Source: an uncultured bacterium (GTDB lineage: Bacteria; Patescibacteriota; Minisyncoccia; Phycocordibacterales; DATDWN01). From it: a stretch of 62,737 nucleotides of DNA. Numbering within the stretch: position 1 is the stretch's first letter; each line of letters starts with the position of its first letter. The DNA lies in assembly GCA_963727715.1 (NCBI GenBank), contig CAVSGX010000008.1, positions 1 through 62,737 on the forward strand, written 5' to 3'. Made by a program: the position numbers and the translations under genes. Positions 1 to 8,557 of the stretch are shown here, piece by piece. Under the pieces are notes generated by a model. It made no database searches. It saw only the letters and a list, made by a program, of their open reading frames with translations, and was not told where the DNA came from.

Positions 1-408
1 AGAGTGGAAATCTACATCGTGGTCCCGTCTGGAAATGAAGATGTAGAGAAAATGCACATTTTGTTTGAAATGTGTGGAAGACTTTTCCTTAGAAATCAGG
101 AGAGAGTTCGTTTAGTAACTTGTTGTGCTAGAAAGTATTTGGAAGTAACCAGTGTGATTTCCTTCCTTACAGAAGCTAGCTTCCATTGTTCTCCATTCTT
201 GGAGCCTGAGGAAAATGCTGATTTGGAAGAATTTTTCAGGGAAAATGATTGGCCGAATAGATGGCCAAGCAATGCCATCGGGATTTTTGTCATTCCTCCT
301 GAAACGGCAAAACTTCTTGTTAAAAAAATTGATCCTGGTTGCGCACATGACGTAATCCCAACAGATGCTCTTTTTCGGCTCAAAGATTTTGACCCAACCA
401 AGAAATAA
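1..408 (+). CDS. hypothetical protein, frame open to the window edge (possibly 5' partial)
   Basis: ORF 4..408 is in frame with position 1; hairpin terminator follows at 421..448; no recognisable motif. Confidence 0.4.
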   Translation, partial: RVEIYIVVPSGNEDVEKMHILFEMCGRLFLRNQERVRLVTCCARKYLEVTSVISFLTEASFHCSPFLEPEENADLEEFFRENDWPNRWPSNAIGIFVIPPETAKLLVKKIDPGCAHDVIPTDALFRLKDFDPTKK

Positions 409-420
409 GATTGCCACAAG

Positions 421-448
421 ACTAGCGCATAGGCGCTAGTTATTTTTT
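421..448 (+). terminator. rho-independent terminator
   Basis: ACTAGCGC-ATAG-GCGCTAGT perfect 8-bp stem followed by a T-rich tract. Confidence 0.6.
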
Positions 449-526
449 ATTTGAATTTTCAATAATTTTTACATACGAAAATCCAGCGGGAACGCTTGCG
501 CGCCCCGCCGGGGTTGAATGAACTTC

Positions 527-1369
527 TTACTTCTTCATGTCGAGGACGGGTGTGACCCCGGCGCCGATCAAGAAGGTACAGCCGCCTTTGCTGCAGACTT
601 CATGCAACATGTCAATCTGCTTGATCCGCACGAACTGCTCCGGCGAGAGCTGCATCTTCTGGTTGTAGGCGTTGTCGGCCTCTGCTCTGGCCAGCTCGGC
701 AGCCCTGCGCTGGTCTTCAGCCAGCTTCCGCCGTTGTTCGGTGATGGCACGTTGCTCCTGTGCCGCCGTTTCGATTCGCTGGTTTTTGATGGCGTCTGGT
801 GGGTTGACGCGTCCAACGTTCAGGTCCCTGATTTCGATTGGCACCTTGAGCTTTTGAACGATTTCCACAGCCGCAGTCTTGACCTCCGCCCCAACCTCGT
901 CTGCCGAAGTTTGGAAAATTGCCATTTCCTGCATTTCCCTCTTCTTCACGGAATCCCTCACAGCAGTCCGAATTGGCTGGTCCAGGTTGCGGTTCCAGAA
1001 TCCCCACGTTCCTTTGTCGTCCCGGTCGGCACCCCAATCCCTTACGAGCAGGTACGAGTCTGCGACCTTGAAAGCGATTACGACATGGAAACTCACCGGC
1101 ACGCCGGACTTGGTCATCATGTCGTCAAACTCCATGTCGATGCGCTGGGGGAGCTTGCTAACGTCGATGGCATCGCTCGTGACCGCGCCGAACTCGAGCC
1201 CGGTTTTTACCGGTTCCGGATCCACCCCTCCGTGGCCGAATATCAGGGGCTTTTTGACCCAAACGGCCTCGTGCCCGGCATCAGGATGGGCGGCGGAGCA
1301 ACCAGAAGTTATGGTGACCATAAAGAACACGGCCACCATGGAAACGATTACGAAGAACTTACTCTTCAT
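527..1369 (-). CDS. SPFH/band-7 (prohibitin-like) domain lipoprotein
   Basis: 280 aa; signal peptide with lipobox ITSGC; SPFH-like core followed by an Ala/Glu/Arg-rich coiled-coil tail (AQEQRAITEQRRKLAEDQRRAAELARAEA); visibly GC-richer than its neighbours. Confidence 0.75.
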   Translation of the reverse strand: MKSKFFVIVSMVAVFFMVTITSGCSAAHPDAGHEAVWVKKPLIFGHGGVDPEPVKTGLEFGAVTSDAIDVSKLPQRIDMEFDDMMTKSGVPVSFHVVIAFKVADSYLLVRDWGADRDDKGTWGFWNRNLDQPIRTAVRDSVKKREMQEMAIFQTSADEVGAEVKTAAVEIVQKLKVPIEIRDLNVGRVNPPDAIKNQRIETAAQEQRAITEQRRKLAEDQRRAAELARAEADNAYNQKMQLSPEQFVRIKQIDMLHEVCSKGGCTFLIGAGVTPVLDMKK

Positions 1370-1511
1370 TACGAACCTCCGCTGGGGAGTATAGCATATA
1401 TCATTTTTATTGTCAAGTGATTCATTGACGTTTTAAAATAACATCGTTTAATAGTGTAATCAGAACAAGAATGGGCTTGAAATTTATGGAATTTATAGGT
1501 AAACTCTACAT

Positions 1512-2717
1512 ATGGATATAAAAACGAAACTTTATGGTTCGGCCGATTTGGTGTCGCATAAGTACGAAATTGATCGCGCCGAAGAGAAAAAAATGCTGGC
1601 CGAGCTGGCAAAACGCACTGACACCGAAGCGGAGAGGATTCGGCGCTATTTGTCTTACACCGATCTGGCCAGGGACCCGGAGAGTCCTCTTTCCGAAATT
1701 ATAAAAAAACTTTTAACATTGCCGACATTCCGAAAATTTGATGATATCCACATCCCAGAAATAGTGCCCGCCACAGAAAGCTTTGATCTTTTTGGCTTCC
1801 CCGCTGACCACCCGACCCGTAGTCATTCCGATACATATTATGCGGATGATAAAAACATTTTGAAAACTCACACCACGGTGATGTGGTATTACTATTTGAA
1901 TTTGCCGGACGTCAAAAAAAGAATTGCTGAAAACAAAAATCTCGGTGTGGTCTGTTATGGCAAAGTTTATCGCAAGGACGAGATTGACAGACACCATATG
2001 AATATTTTTCACCAAATTGACGGGCTTTATATTTGTCCGAAAAGTTATCATTTTATAACCCAAGAAGATTTGAAGGATGTTTTGATAGAGGTAGCACAGA
2101 GTGTGTTTGGTGAAAATATAAAATATAGATTTAATTCGGATGAATTTCCTTTCACTTATAACAGCTTGGAAATGGAAGTGGATAAGGGTAGTGTGGAGGA
2201 TGGTAGTGGAAAAGAAGAGTGGGTTGAGGTTTTGGGTGCCGGCATCGTCCAGCCAACCGTGCTGGAGAAGCTCGGCATTGATTCCAAAAATTACAACGGT
2301 TGGGCTTTCGGCTTTGGTTTGGAACGGCTGGCTATCATTTCCATGGAACTTCCGGATATTCGCCTTTTGTGGTCAGCTGACCCGCGCGTCAAAAAGCAAC
2401 TGAAAATGGGAAATAAGTTCGTGGAGGTTTCCAAGTACCCGCCGATTGTTCGAGACATTTCTTTTGTGGTCAAAAACGATTTCGTGCCGAACAATTATTT
2501 TGATTTGGTGCGCGACATTGCCCCCGACTTGGCCGAGGAAGTGGAGCTTTTGGATAAATACGAAAATAAAGAAAAATTCGGCCACGGCAACATAAGCTAC
2601 GCCTACAGAATCACCTACCGTTCGCTCGACCACACGCTGAAAGCCAACGAAGTCAGCGCGTTGCACAAAAAACTGGAAGAGAAGACAGCCAAAATATTCG
2701 GGGCAAAAATAAGATAG
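1512..2717 (+). CDS. pheS: phenylalanine--tRNA ligase, single-chain form (catalytic core fused to a C-terminal FDX-ACB anticodon-binding domain)
   Basis: 401 aa; class II motifs FPADHPTRSHSDTYY, YRKDEIDRHHMNIFHQIDGLY, GWAFGFGLERLAI; C-terminal YPPIVRDISFVV...YRITYRS resembles the ferredoxin-fold domain of PheT/mitochondrial PheRS; no pheT adjacent. Confidence 0.85.
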   Translation: MDIKTKLYGSADLVSHKYEIDRAEEKKMLAELAKRTDTEAERIRRYLSYTDLARDPESPLSEIIKKLLTLPTFRKFDDIHIPEIVPATESFDLFGFPADHPTRSHSDTYYADDKNILKTHTTVMWYYYLNLPDVKKRIAENKNLGVVCYGKVYRKDEIDRHHMNIFHQIDGLYICPKSYHFITQEDLKDVLIEVAQSVFGENIKYRFNSDEFPFTYNSLEMEVDKGSVEDGSGKEEWVEVLGAGIVQPTVLEKLGIDSKNYNGWAFGFGLERLAIISMELPDIRLLWSADPRVKKQLKMGNKFVEVSKYPPIVRDISFVVKNDFVPNNYFDLVRDIAPDLAEEVELLDKYENKEKFGHGNISYAYRITYRSLDHTLKANEVSALHKKLEEKTAKIFGAKIR

Positions 2718-2739
2718 GCAAATTGTATATTTCAAAACG

Positions 2740-3981
2740 ATGCCAAACATTACCAATTACATAGTTTATACTCTTCTTTTCATTTCGCTTTACTACGAAG
2801 TTTTTTTGCTGATCACTTATTTTGAAAAACGGCTTTTGATGCAAAATGAAACGGTCAGGATCAGGCGAGGAATAAAAAAATATCCGACTGTCACCATCAT
2901 TGTGCCGTGTTGGAACGAAGAAAAAACTGTCTCGGCCACTGTTCATTCCCTTCTCAACCTGGATTATCCAAAAGACAAATTGAAAATAATCATCGTGGAC
3001 GACGGCTCCACAGACAACACTTGGCAAGTCATTCAGAAATTCAAAAATAAAAAACAAATTGAAATTTACCACAAAGAAAATGGCGGCAAACACACGGCTC
3101 TTAATTTTGCCCTTGAGCGAATTACATCGGATTTGGTTGGTTGTCTTGATGCCGACTCCTTCGTGGACAAAGATGCTTTGCGCAACACCATTGTTTATTT
3201 TGAAGACAAGGAAATAATGGCTGTCACACCGAGCGTTAAAATCTGGAAGCCGAAAAATATTATCGAGATGATTCAAAAAGTGGAATACGCTTGGGGTATT
3301 TTCGTTCGCAAAATGCTTTCTTACATCGGCGCTATGTATGTCACACCTGGTCCATTTTCTATTTTCCGGCGTGAAGTTTTTGAAAAACTTGGCGGTTACC
3401 GCCACGCTCACTCAACCGAAGATATGGAAATGGCCATGCGACTTCAGGCCAACCATTACAAAATGGTCAACTCGCATAATTCGATGGTTTATACTGTGGC
3501 TCCGGACGCTTTACGTAAACTTTACAGACAAAGAACCCGCTGGTCTTACGGCTTCATCAAAAACGCCATCGATTACAAACATCTTTTTTTCAAAAAGGAA
3601 TATGGAAATCTTGGTGTTTTTATTCTGCCCATAGCTACCATTTCCATTTTTGCTCCGATTTGCGTTTTATCAATATCAATTTACGGTTTGATTCGAAGTT
3701 TCTTCCATGAATTGGTAAAAATAAACACGGTTGGACTCCAGTGGCCGTCTTGGGATTTTAGCTGGTTCGCCATCAATACCGGGCTTGTTAGTATTATTTC
3801 TTTGCTGGCTTTTTTCGGCACAGTTCTGATTATTTTCGTTTCGCGCAAAATGGCCGACGGCAAATTTAAATTTGGGATGGATTTGATTTATTTCTTTGCC
3901 ATCTACGCCTTCATCGCCCCGCTGTGGCTGTCCAAGGCGGTTTACAACAGCGTTTTTTCCGTAAAAACCAAGTGGCGTTAA
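2740..3981 (+). CDS. family 2 glycosyltransferase, processive type with a C-terminal membrane domain
   Basis: 413 aa; TIIVPCWNEE, DDGSTDNT, LDADS and QRTRW (QxxRW) motifs; N- and C-terminal TM helices. Confidence 0.85.
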   Translation: MPNITNYIVYTLLFISLYYEVFLLITYFEKRLLMQNETVRIRRGIKKYPTVTIIVPCWNEEKTVSATVHSLLNLDYPKDKLKIIIVDDGSTDNTWQVIQKFKNKKQIEIYHKENGGKHTALNFALERITSDLVGCLDADSFVDKDALRNTIVYFEDKEIMAVTPSVKIWKPKNIIEMIQKVEYAWGIFVRKMLSYIGAMYVTPGPFSIFRREVFEKLGGYRHAHSTEDMEMAMRLQANHYKMVNSHNSMVYTVAPDALRKLYRQRTRWSYGFIKNAIDYKHLFFKKEYGNLGVFILPIATISIFAPICVLSISIYGLIRSFFHELVKINTVGLQWPSWDFSWFAINTGLVSIISLLAFFGTVLIIFVSRKMADGKFKFGMDLIYFFAIYAFIAPLWLSKAVYNSVFSVKTKWR

Positions 3982-3991
3982 TCTTTTAGGT

Positions 3992-4675
3992 ATGGAACAC
4001 CAAATAAACTGGAAAAAATATCTTTATGCTTTTATCATCACCGCAATTATTTTCGGCACGGCTATTTATTTAAGTGATTATTTTAATCAGAAAAAAATAG
4101 ATGAGATCAGATCCATCCAAGACAAAATTTCCATAGACATTTTGTCCAGCGAGACGCAGTTCTCTCTTTTGGAAGAATCGTCCTGCCAAGATCTAGCCGG
4201 TCAGTCCGCCCTGTCCGATGAGCTCGGCTCGCTGGAAGAAAAACTTTCCTATGCCGAAAGAGACCGCGGCACAAATGATCCGGAAGTGCAGACTTTGAAA
4301 CAATACTATTCCCTGCTTGAAATCAAAGATTACATTTTAATGCAAAGCATCGCTGAAAAATGTGGTAAGCAACCTTTAACCATCATCTATTTTTATTCCA
4401 ACACCAACAACTGTTTGGATTGCGAACGCGAAGGTTATGTTTTGACTGATTTGCGACAGCGTTTCCCGAATTTGCGCGTCTATTCTTTTGATTATAATTT
4501 GGATATTTCTGCTCTGAAAACGCTCATTGACATCAATAAAGTCAAAGACCAGCTTCCGGCTGTTTATATAAAAAATAAAATGTACTACGGCTTTCAAAGC
4601 TTAGACGATATTCAGAAAATAATTCCAGAACTTTTCGCCACCAGCACAGCGACCACAACAAAGGTAAAAAAATAA
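3992..4675 (+). CDS. membrane-anchored thioredoxin-fold protein with a CxxC motif
   Basis: 227 aa; one N-terminal TM helix; IIYFYSNTNNCLDCE resembles a thioredoxin-like beta-alpha-beta with CLDC; lies next to trxB. Confidence 0.45.
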   Translation: MEHQINWKKYLYAFIITAIIFGTAIYLSDYFNQKKIDEIRSIQDKISIDILSSETQFSLLEESSCQDLAGQSALSDELGSLEEKLSYAERDRGTNDPEVQTLKQYYSLLEIKDYILMQSIAEKCGKQPLTIIYFYSNTNNCLDCEREGYVLTDLRQRFPNLRVYSFDYNLDISALKTLIDINKVKDQLPAVYIKNKMYYGFQSLDDIQKIIPELFATSTATTTKVKK

Positions 4676-4685
4676 CAAGAAAATT

Positions 4686-4713
4686 TTGAAAATTCTTAAA
4701 CACAAGCTATAAT
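4686..4713 (+). promoter_or_regulatory. sigma70-like promoter of trxB, probably giving a leaderless or near-leaderless mRNA
   Basis: TTGAAA (4686..4691), 16-nt spacer, TATAAT (4708..4713); ATG at 4723; no Shine-Dalgarno between them. Confidence 0.5.
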
Positions 4714-4722
4714 GTCAAAACT

Positions 4723-5646
4723 ATGATTTACGATTTAATAATAATTGGTGGCGGGCCGGCCGGAGTTTCGGCTGGGGTGTACGCCGCGCGCAAAAGATTA
4801 AAAACTCTTCTTGTCACACCGGATTTCGGCGGACAATCTGTTGTTTCCGAAAATATTGAAAACTGGATCGGCACAGTTAAAATCACAGGTAAAGATTTGG
4901 CTGACAATTTGAAAAAACATTTACTTCACTATGCAGACAAATCAGTGGCAATAATTGAGGGTGAGTTGGTCAAAAATATTGAAAAATCTGAATCGGTTTT
5001 CAAGATAACCACAGACAAGAATTTTTATCAGACGAAAACAATTTTGATTGCCACAGGCAGTCATAGGCGAAAGTTGGAAATTCCGGGGGCCAAAGAGTTT
5101 GACAATAAGGGCGTCATCTACTGCGCATCGTGCGACGGTCCACTTTTTGCCGGCGAAGATGTGGTGGTGGTTGGCGGGGGCAACGCCGCACTGGAATCGG
5201 CTGCTCAACTTTTGGCTTACTGCAAATCGGTAACCATTTTAAACCGCGGTGAAAAATTGCGTGGTGATGAGATGACTATAGGGAAACTCAGCGAAAATCC
5301 AAAATTAAAAATAATCAAAAATGCCGTGCCAGTGGAAATCAAAGGTAGCAAATTTGTCACCGGAATCGTTTACGAAGACGCGCTGACTCATGAGAAAAAA
5401 GAAATCGCTACACCGGCCGTGTTTGTGGAGATCGGTCTTTTGCCAACAACCGAGTTTGCCAAAAATATTTTGAAGCTAAATCAATACAATCAAATTCCGA
5501 TCAATCCGAAAAATCAACAGACCGAAGTGTCTGGTATTTGGGCCGCTGGCGATTGTACTGACGCTCTCTATCATCAAAACAACATCGCTTCAGGCGACGC
5601 TATCCGCGCGTTGGAAGATATTTATATTTGGCTCAAGATTAAATAG
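4723..5646 (+). CDS. trxB: thioredoxin-disulfide reductase
   Basis: 307 aa; IIGGGPAGVSAG FAD site, redox CASCDG, VVGGGNAALESA NADPH site, GIWAAGDCTD. Confidence 0.9.
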   Translation: MIYDLIIIGGGPAGVSAGVYAARKRLKTLLVTPDFGGQSVVSENIENWIGTVKITGKDLADNLKKHLLHYADKSVAIIEGELVKNIEKSESVFKITTDKNFYQTKTILIATGSHRRKLEIPGAKEFDNKGVIYCASCDGPLFAGEDVVVVGGGNAALESAAQLLAYCKSVTILNRGEKLRGDEMTIGKLSENPKLKIIKNAVPVEIKGSKFVTGIVYEDALTHEKKEIATPAVFVEIGLLPTTEFAKNILKLNQYNQIPINPKNQQTEVSGIWAAGDCTDALYHQNNIASGDAIRALEDIYIWLKIK

Positions 5647-5967
5647 TTACGCGCGAAGTAATGCTCTTATATGCAATATGGCTTTTGCCATGTCTTTTCT
5701 AAGTTGAACTCTGGCCGGATTTTCTTTGTCTTTTGGCATCTCGTCAATATCGTTGGCGATAAGCCAGTCGTGAAGAACTTCCTCAAGATAATCTCGGTCA
5801 TGAAAACCAGCATCAACATAAAACATAGTTTTTTCAAACTTATGTCTCAACTCCGCATCTTCGTCTCCACTAATTTCCGTTTCTCTTTGCAAATTCCAAA
5901 TTTCAAACAACTTGTCAGCTTCTGCCACTTCCGGATTATCCAAATCCAGCCTGGCCGGATCTCCCAC
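5647..5967 (-). CDS. hypothetical acidic protein
   Basis: 106-aa ORF filling the gap; no motif recognised. Confidence 0.45.
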   Translation of the reverse strand: MGDPARLDLDNPEVAEADKLFEIWNLQRETEISGDEDAELRHKFEKTMFYVDAGFHDRDYLEEVLHDWLIANDIDEMPKDKENPARVQLRKDMAKAILHIRALLRA

Positions 5968-6065
5968 AGCGGAAAATTTTTTGATTGCCTATATTGCCTG
6001 TTCTCGTGAGACTTTTTCTAAAGAATCTGCTGAATTTTGTGGTCCTTCCATGCTCATAAAGTTTT

Positions 6066-6407
6066 TTAGTTAATTTTTGGTACGAATAAATGAAAAAAAG
6101 CATTAATCAGCGACAGGACGATGGAAAACCAAAAGGCCGTCCAGAAACCGGCAACATAAAAATGTGGCACAAGTTTAGCCGCTAACAAAATAAAACAAGC
6201 GTTGACAACAAGCGAGAAAATGCCGAGTGTTAAAATATTTATCGGCAGTGTGATCAACTTGATAATCGGTTTGATAAAAATGTTTATAATGCCTAACACC
6301 ACCGCGAGCACGACTGCGGCCAGGATTGTCACACTCGTCCCCGGCACCAAATAAACAGCTATTAAAATGGCAAGAATCGAAACTAAAAAATGAAGAAGTA
6401 TTTTCAT
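6066..6407 (-). CDS. phage-holin-4_2/DUF360-like (YvlD-type) small membrane protein
   Basis: 113 aa, four hydrophobic helices; N-terminal pattern LLHFLVSILAILIA..LVPG typical of this family. Confidence 0.65.
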   Translation of the reverse strand: MKILLHFLVSILAILIAVYLVPGTSVTILAAVVLAVVLGIINIFIKPIIKLITLPINILTLGIFSLVVNACFILLAAKLVPHFYVAGFWTAFWFSIVLSLINAFFHLFVPKIN

Positions 6408-6594
6408 ATGGGAGTATTATAACATAAATAAAAAACAAAATCCGCCACTTGTGTTGGCGGACTAAAAAATGTTTCAACAAATGCTTGCAATAAAGCCCTT
6501 TGGAGATTAAGATAAAAATCGTATTGCTCTAATATATCTAAAATATGCTACAATGAAAATTATGGGTAAATCAATTATCATTTAAATTTAAAAA

Positions 6595-7074
6595 ATGTTT
6601 GAAAAATTTGTTAGTAATATTGTCGGCCGAAAGGAAGCGGAAAAAGAGAATGTGGATCGTCTACTTGAAGAATACTCTAAAGATAAAGTGGAGATGGAAG
6701 AACAATTAATCCCCCCTATTTGCTTAAAAATTGAGACTGGGACAATTGCTAAAATGGTGGGATGGAGGAAAAAACTTAAAAAACTTGGAATGAAAGAACT
6801 TTCGGAAGAAGCAAAAAATTTAGCTTTTCGAGGAGGGGTTGGTCACTGGATAAATAAACTCAGACGCGATGGGGGTTATTATGATAGATACTCAGAAGAA
6901 ATTCTGGAAGATATTGTTAGACAAGAAAAAAGAAATCAAAAAGATTCCATAAATTTTGATAAAAAACATCCTGAATTTGCAGCAGCAATAGCAAGGGCTG
7001 ACGCCGACCAAACACAGCAGGAAATGAAAGATAAGGCCGTGCCAACAACTGAAATTACCCATCAAGTCAAGTGA
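6595..7074 (+). CDS. hypothetical Lys/Glu-rich protein
   Basis: 159-aa ORF; no motif recognised. Confidence 0.45.
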   Translation: MFEKFVSNIVGRKEAEKENVDRLLEEYSKDKVEMEEQLIPPICLKIETGTIAKMVGWRKKLKKLGMKELSEEAKNLAFRGGVGHWINKLRRDGGYYDRYSEEILEDIVRQEKRNQKDSINFDKKHPEFAAAIARADADQTQQEMKDKAVPTTEITHQVK

Positions 7075-7076
7075 TG

Positions 7077-7148
7077 TGACCCTACAGAGAATCGGACTCT
7101 GATTTGAGCCTTGAGAAGGCTCCGTCCTAACCGTTAGACGATAGGGCC
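7077..7148 (-). tRNA. tRNA-Glu (anticodon CUC)
   Basis: 72-nt cloverleaf read by hand: acceptor GGCCCTA/TAGGGTC, anticodon arm GAGCC-TTCTCAA-GGCTC, T arm CAGAG-TCCGATT-CTCTG, discriminator A; CCA not encoded. Confidence 0.85.
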
Positions 7149-7183
7149 GTTGTGAACAAATGATAACATTTTTTGATCAAAAA

Positions 7184-8542
7184 TCAATCACGCGAAAGCC
7201 ATTCTGGTTCTTGGCGGACAAGAAGGGTTGACTTGTCCTCCGGATGACGCATTATTTCTTCCACTACCCTTTCCAAACGCATAGCCTGTGAACCTTTCAC
7301 CAAAATCAGATCGCCCGACTCAATGATGTTTTGTAAAAATTTGCCGGCAGAAACAGCATCGTCAAAGCAAGAAATATTATTTTCATCATATGACAAAGAT
7401 AAAATAGTTTCTGCCACATGTCTGGCGCGCAAACCGACACAAATAACATATTGAGCCACATTGGAAACAAGATGGCCGATTTTGCGATGTTCTTCGGTTG
7501 AATATTTCCCGAGTTCCAACATATCGCCGATCACTATTATTTTACGACCGGAGGTTTCTATTTTGGCAAAATTTTCCACCGCTTGGCGCATAGCTATCGG
7601 CGAAGAGTTGTATGAATCATCAATGATGATGGAGTCTTTGACACCACTTATAATTTTCATTCGCCCGGGCAGAGGCTGGATTTTTTCTACCATCTTGGTC
7701 GCTTCAACTGGCGGGATGCCAAGTAAATCGGAAACAGCAATGGACAGAAGAACAGCATACTCATTATGCAAACCAATAGAGTCCATTATTGTAACAGTTG
7801 TTTTTTCCGAATCAGCGGTGGAATGAAAAATGTCAAACTTCATACCGGTCGGTTGTGGCGAATTGTTGGTATTGGAAGTCAGTATTTCAAAATCACTGCC
7901 CCTGATTTGAGAATCACCAGCCAGTCCACAAGATATTTTCGGGGATGGATTGTCGCGGACTAAACGGTTGGTGATCTCATCATCGCTGTTGTAGACAATC
8001 GTCCCTTGGCGAGAAACAAGATTCAGCAATTTTTTCTTTTCGGCCAAAAATTTCTCCATATCACTCCCAAAAGACTCAATATGGGAAGGAACAGCGCCGA
8101 TGGCTGTAATGATTAAAATATCAATTTTCAAAAGATCGCTTATGCTGTCCACATCGCCGGGCTTATCGGCGTCGATTTCCAAAATCAACCAGTCCGGATA
8201 GTTTTCTTTCCAAATCAAAAGTTTCAGACCGAAAAAGAAAGTCAGTAAAAAATCGCCAGCAATTTTTAAAAAATATGAAAATGAAAATGGATGATCGAAA
8301 ACAAAAGCCACTTCAGCCCGAGGACGGCCAATGACTGTAAGCGTCACTCCCAGACCGGTGGCCAAACTCTTGCCACTTTTTCTGACAAAAAATTTCTTGG
8401 ACAAAACCCCATACAGAAAATCGCGTGTGGTGGTTTTGCCAACACTGCCAGTGATGGCGATTATTTTTGGTTTGTATTTTTTTATAATCAAGCCGGCCTC
8501 AAATTGAAAAAGTCGTTTGATTGAGTATTTAATAAAAGTCAT
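7184..8542 (-). CDS. murF: Mur ligase family protein, MurF-like (UDP-MurNAc-peptide D-Ala-D-Ala ligase)
   Basis: 452 aa; ATP site ITGSVGKTTTRD; position directly downstream of ftsI in the dcw block; MurE versus MurF not resolved from sequence alone. Confidence 0.75.
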   Translation of the reverse strand: MTFIKYSIKRLFQFEAGLIIKKYKPKIIAITGSVGKTTTRDFLYGVLSKKFFVRKSGKSLATGLGVTLTVIGRPRAEVAFVFDHPFSFSYFLKIAGDFLLTFFFGLKLLIWKENYPDWLILEIDADKPGDVDSISDLLKIDILIITAIGAVPSHIESFGSDMEKFLAEKKKLLNLVSRQGTIVYNSDDEITNRLVRDNPSPKISCGLAGDSQIRGSDFEILTSNTNNSPQPTGMKFDIFHSTADSEKTTVTIMDSIGLHNEYAVLLSIAVSDLLGIPPVEATKMVEKIQPLPGRMKIISGVKDSIIIDDSYNSSPIAMRQAVENFAKIETSGRKIIVIGDMLELGKYSTEEHRKIGHLVSNVAQYVICVGLRARHVAETILSLSYDENNISCFDDAVSAGKFLQNIIESGDLILVKGSQAMRLERVVEEIMRHPEDKSTLLVRQEPEWLSRD

Positions 8543-8557
8543 AATAATTATAATTTT

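Noticed and set aside
518-1420. 300-aa plus-strand ORF, plus the 171-aa ORF 879..1394
   Set aside because: These are shadow ORFs antisense to the SPFH lipoprotein gene in GC-rich DNA. The translation is low-complexity with no start context, and the minus-strand product has clear family features.
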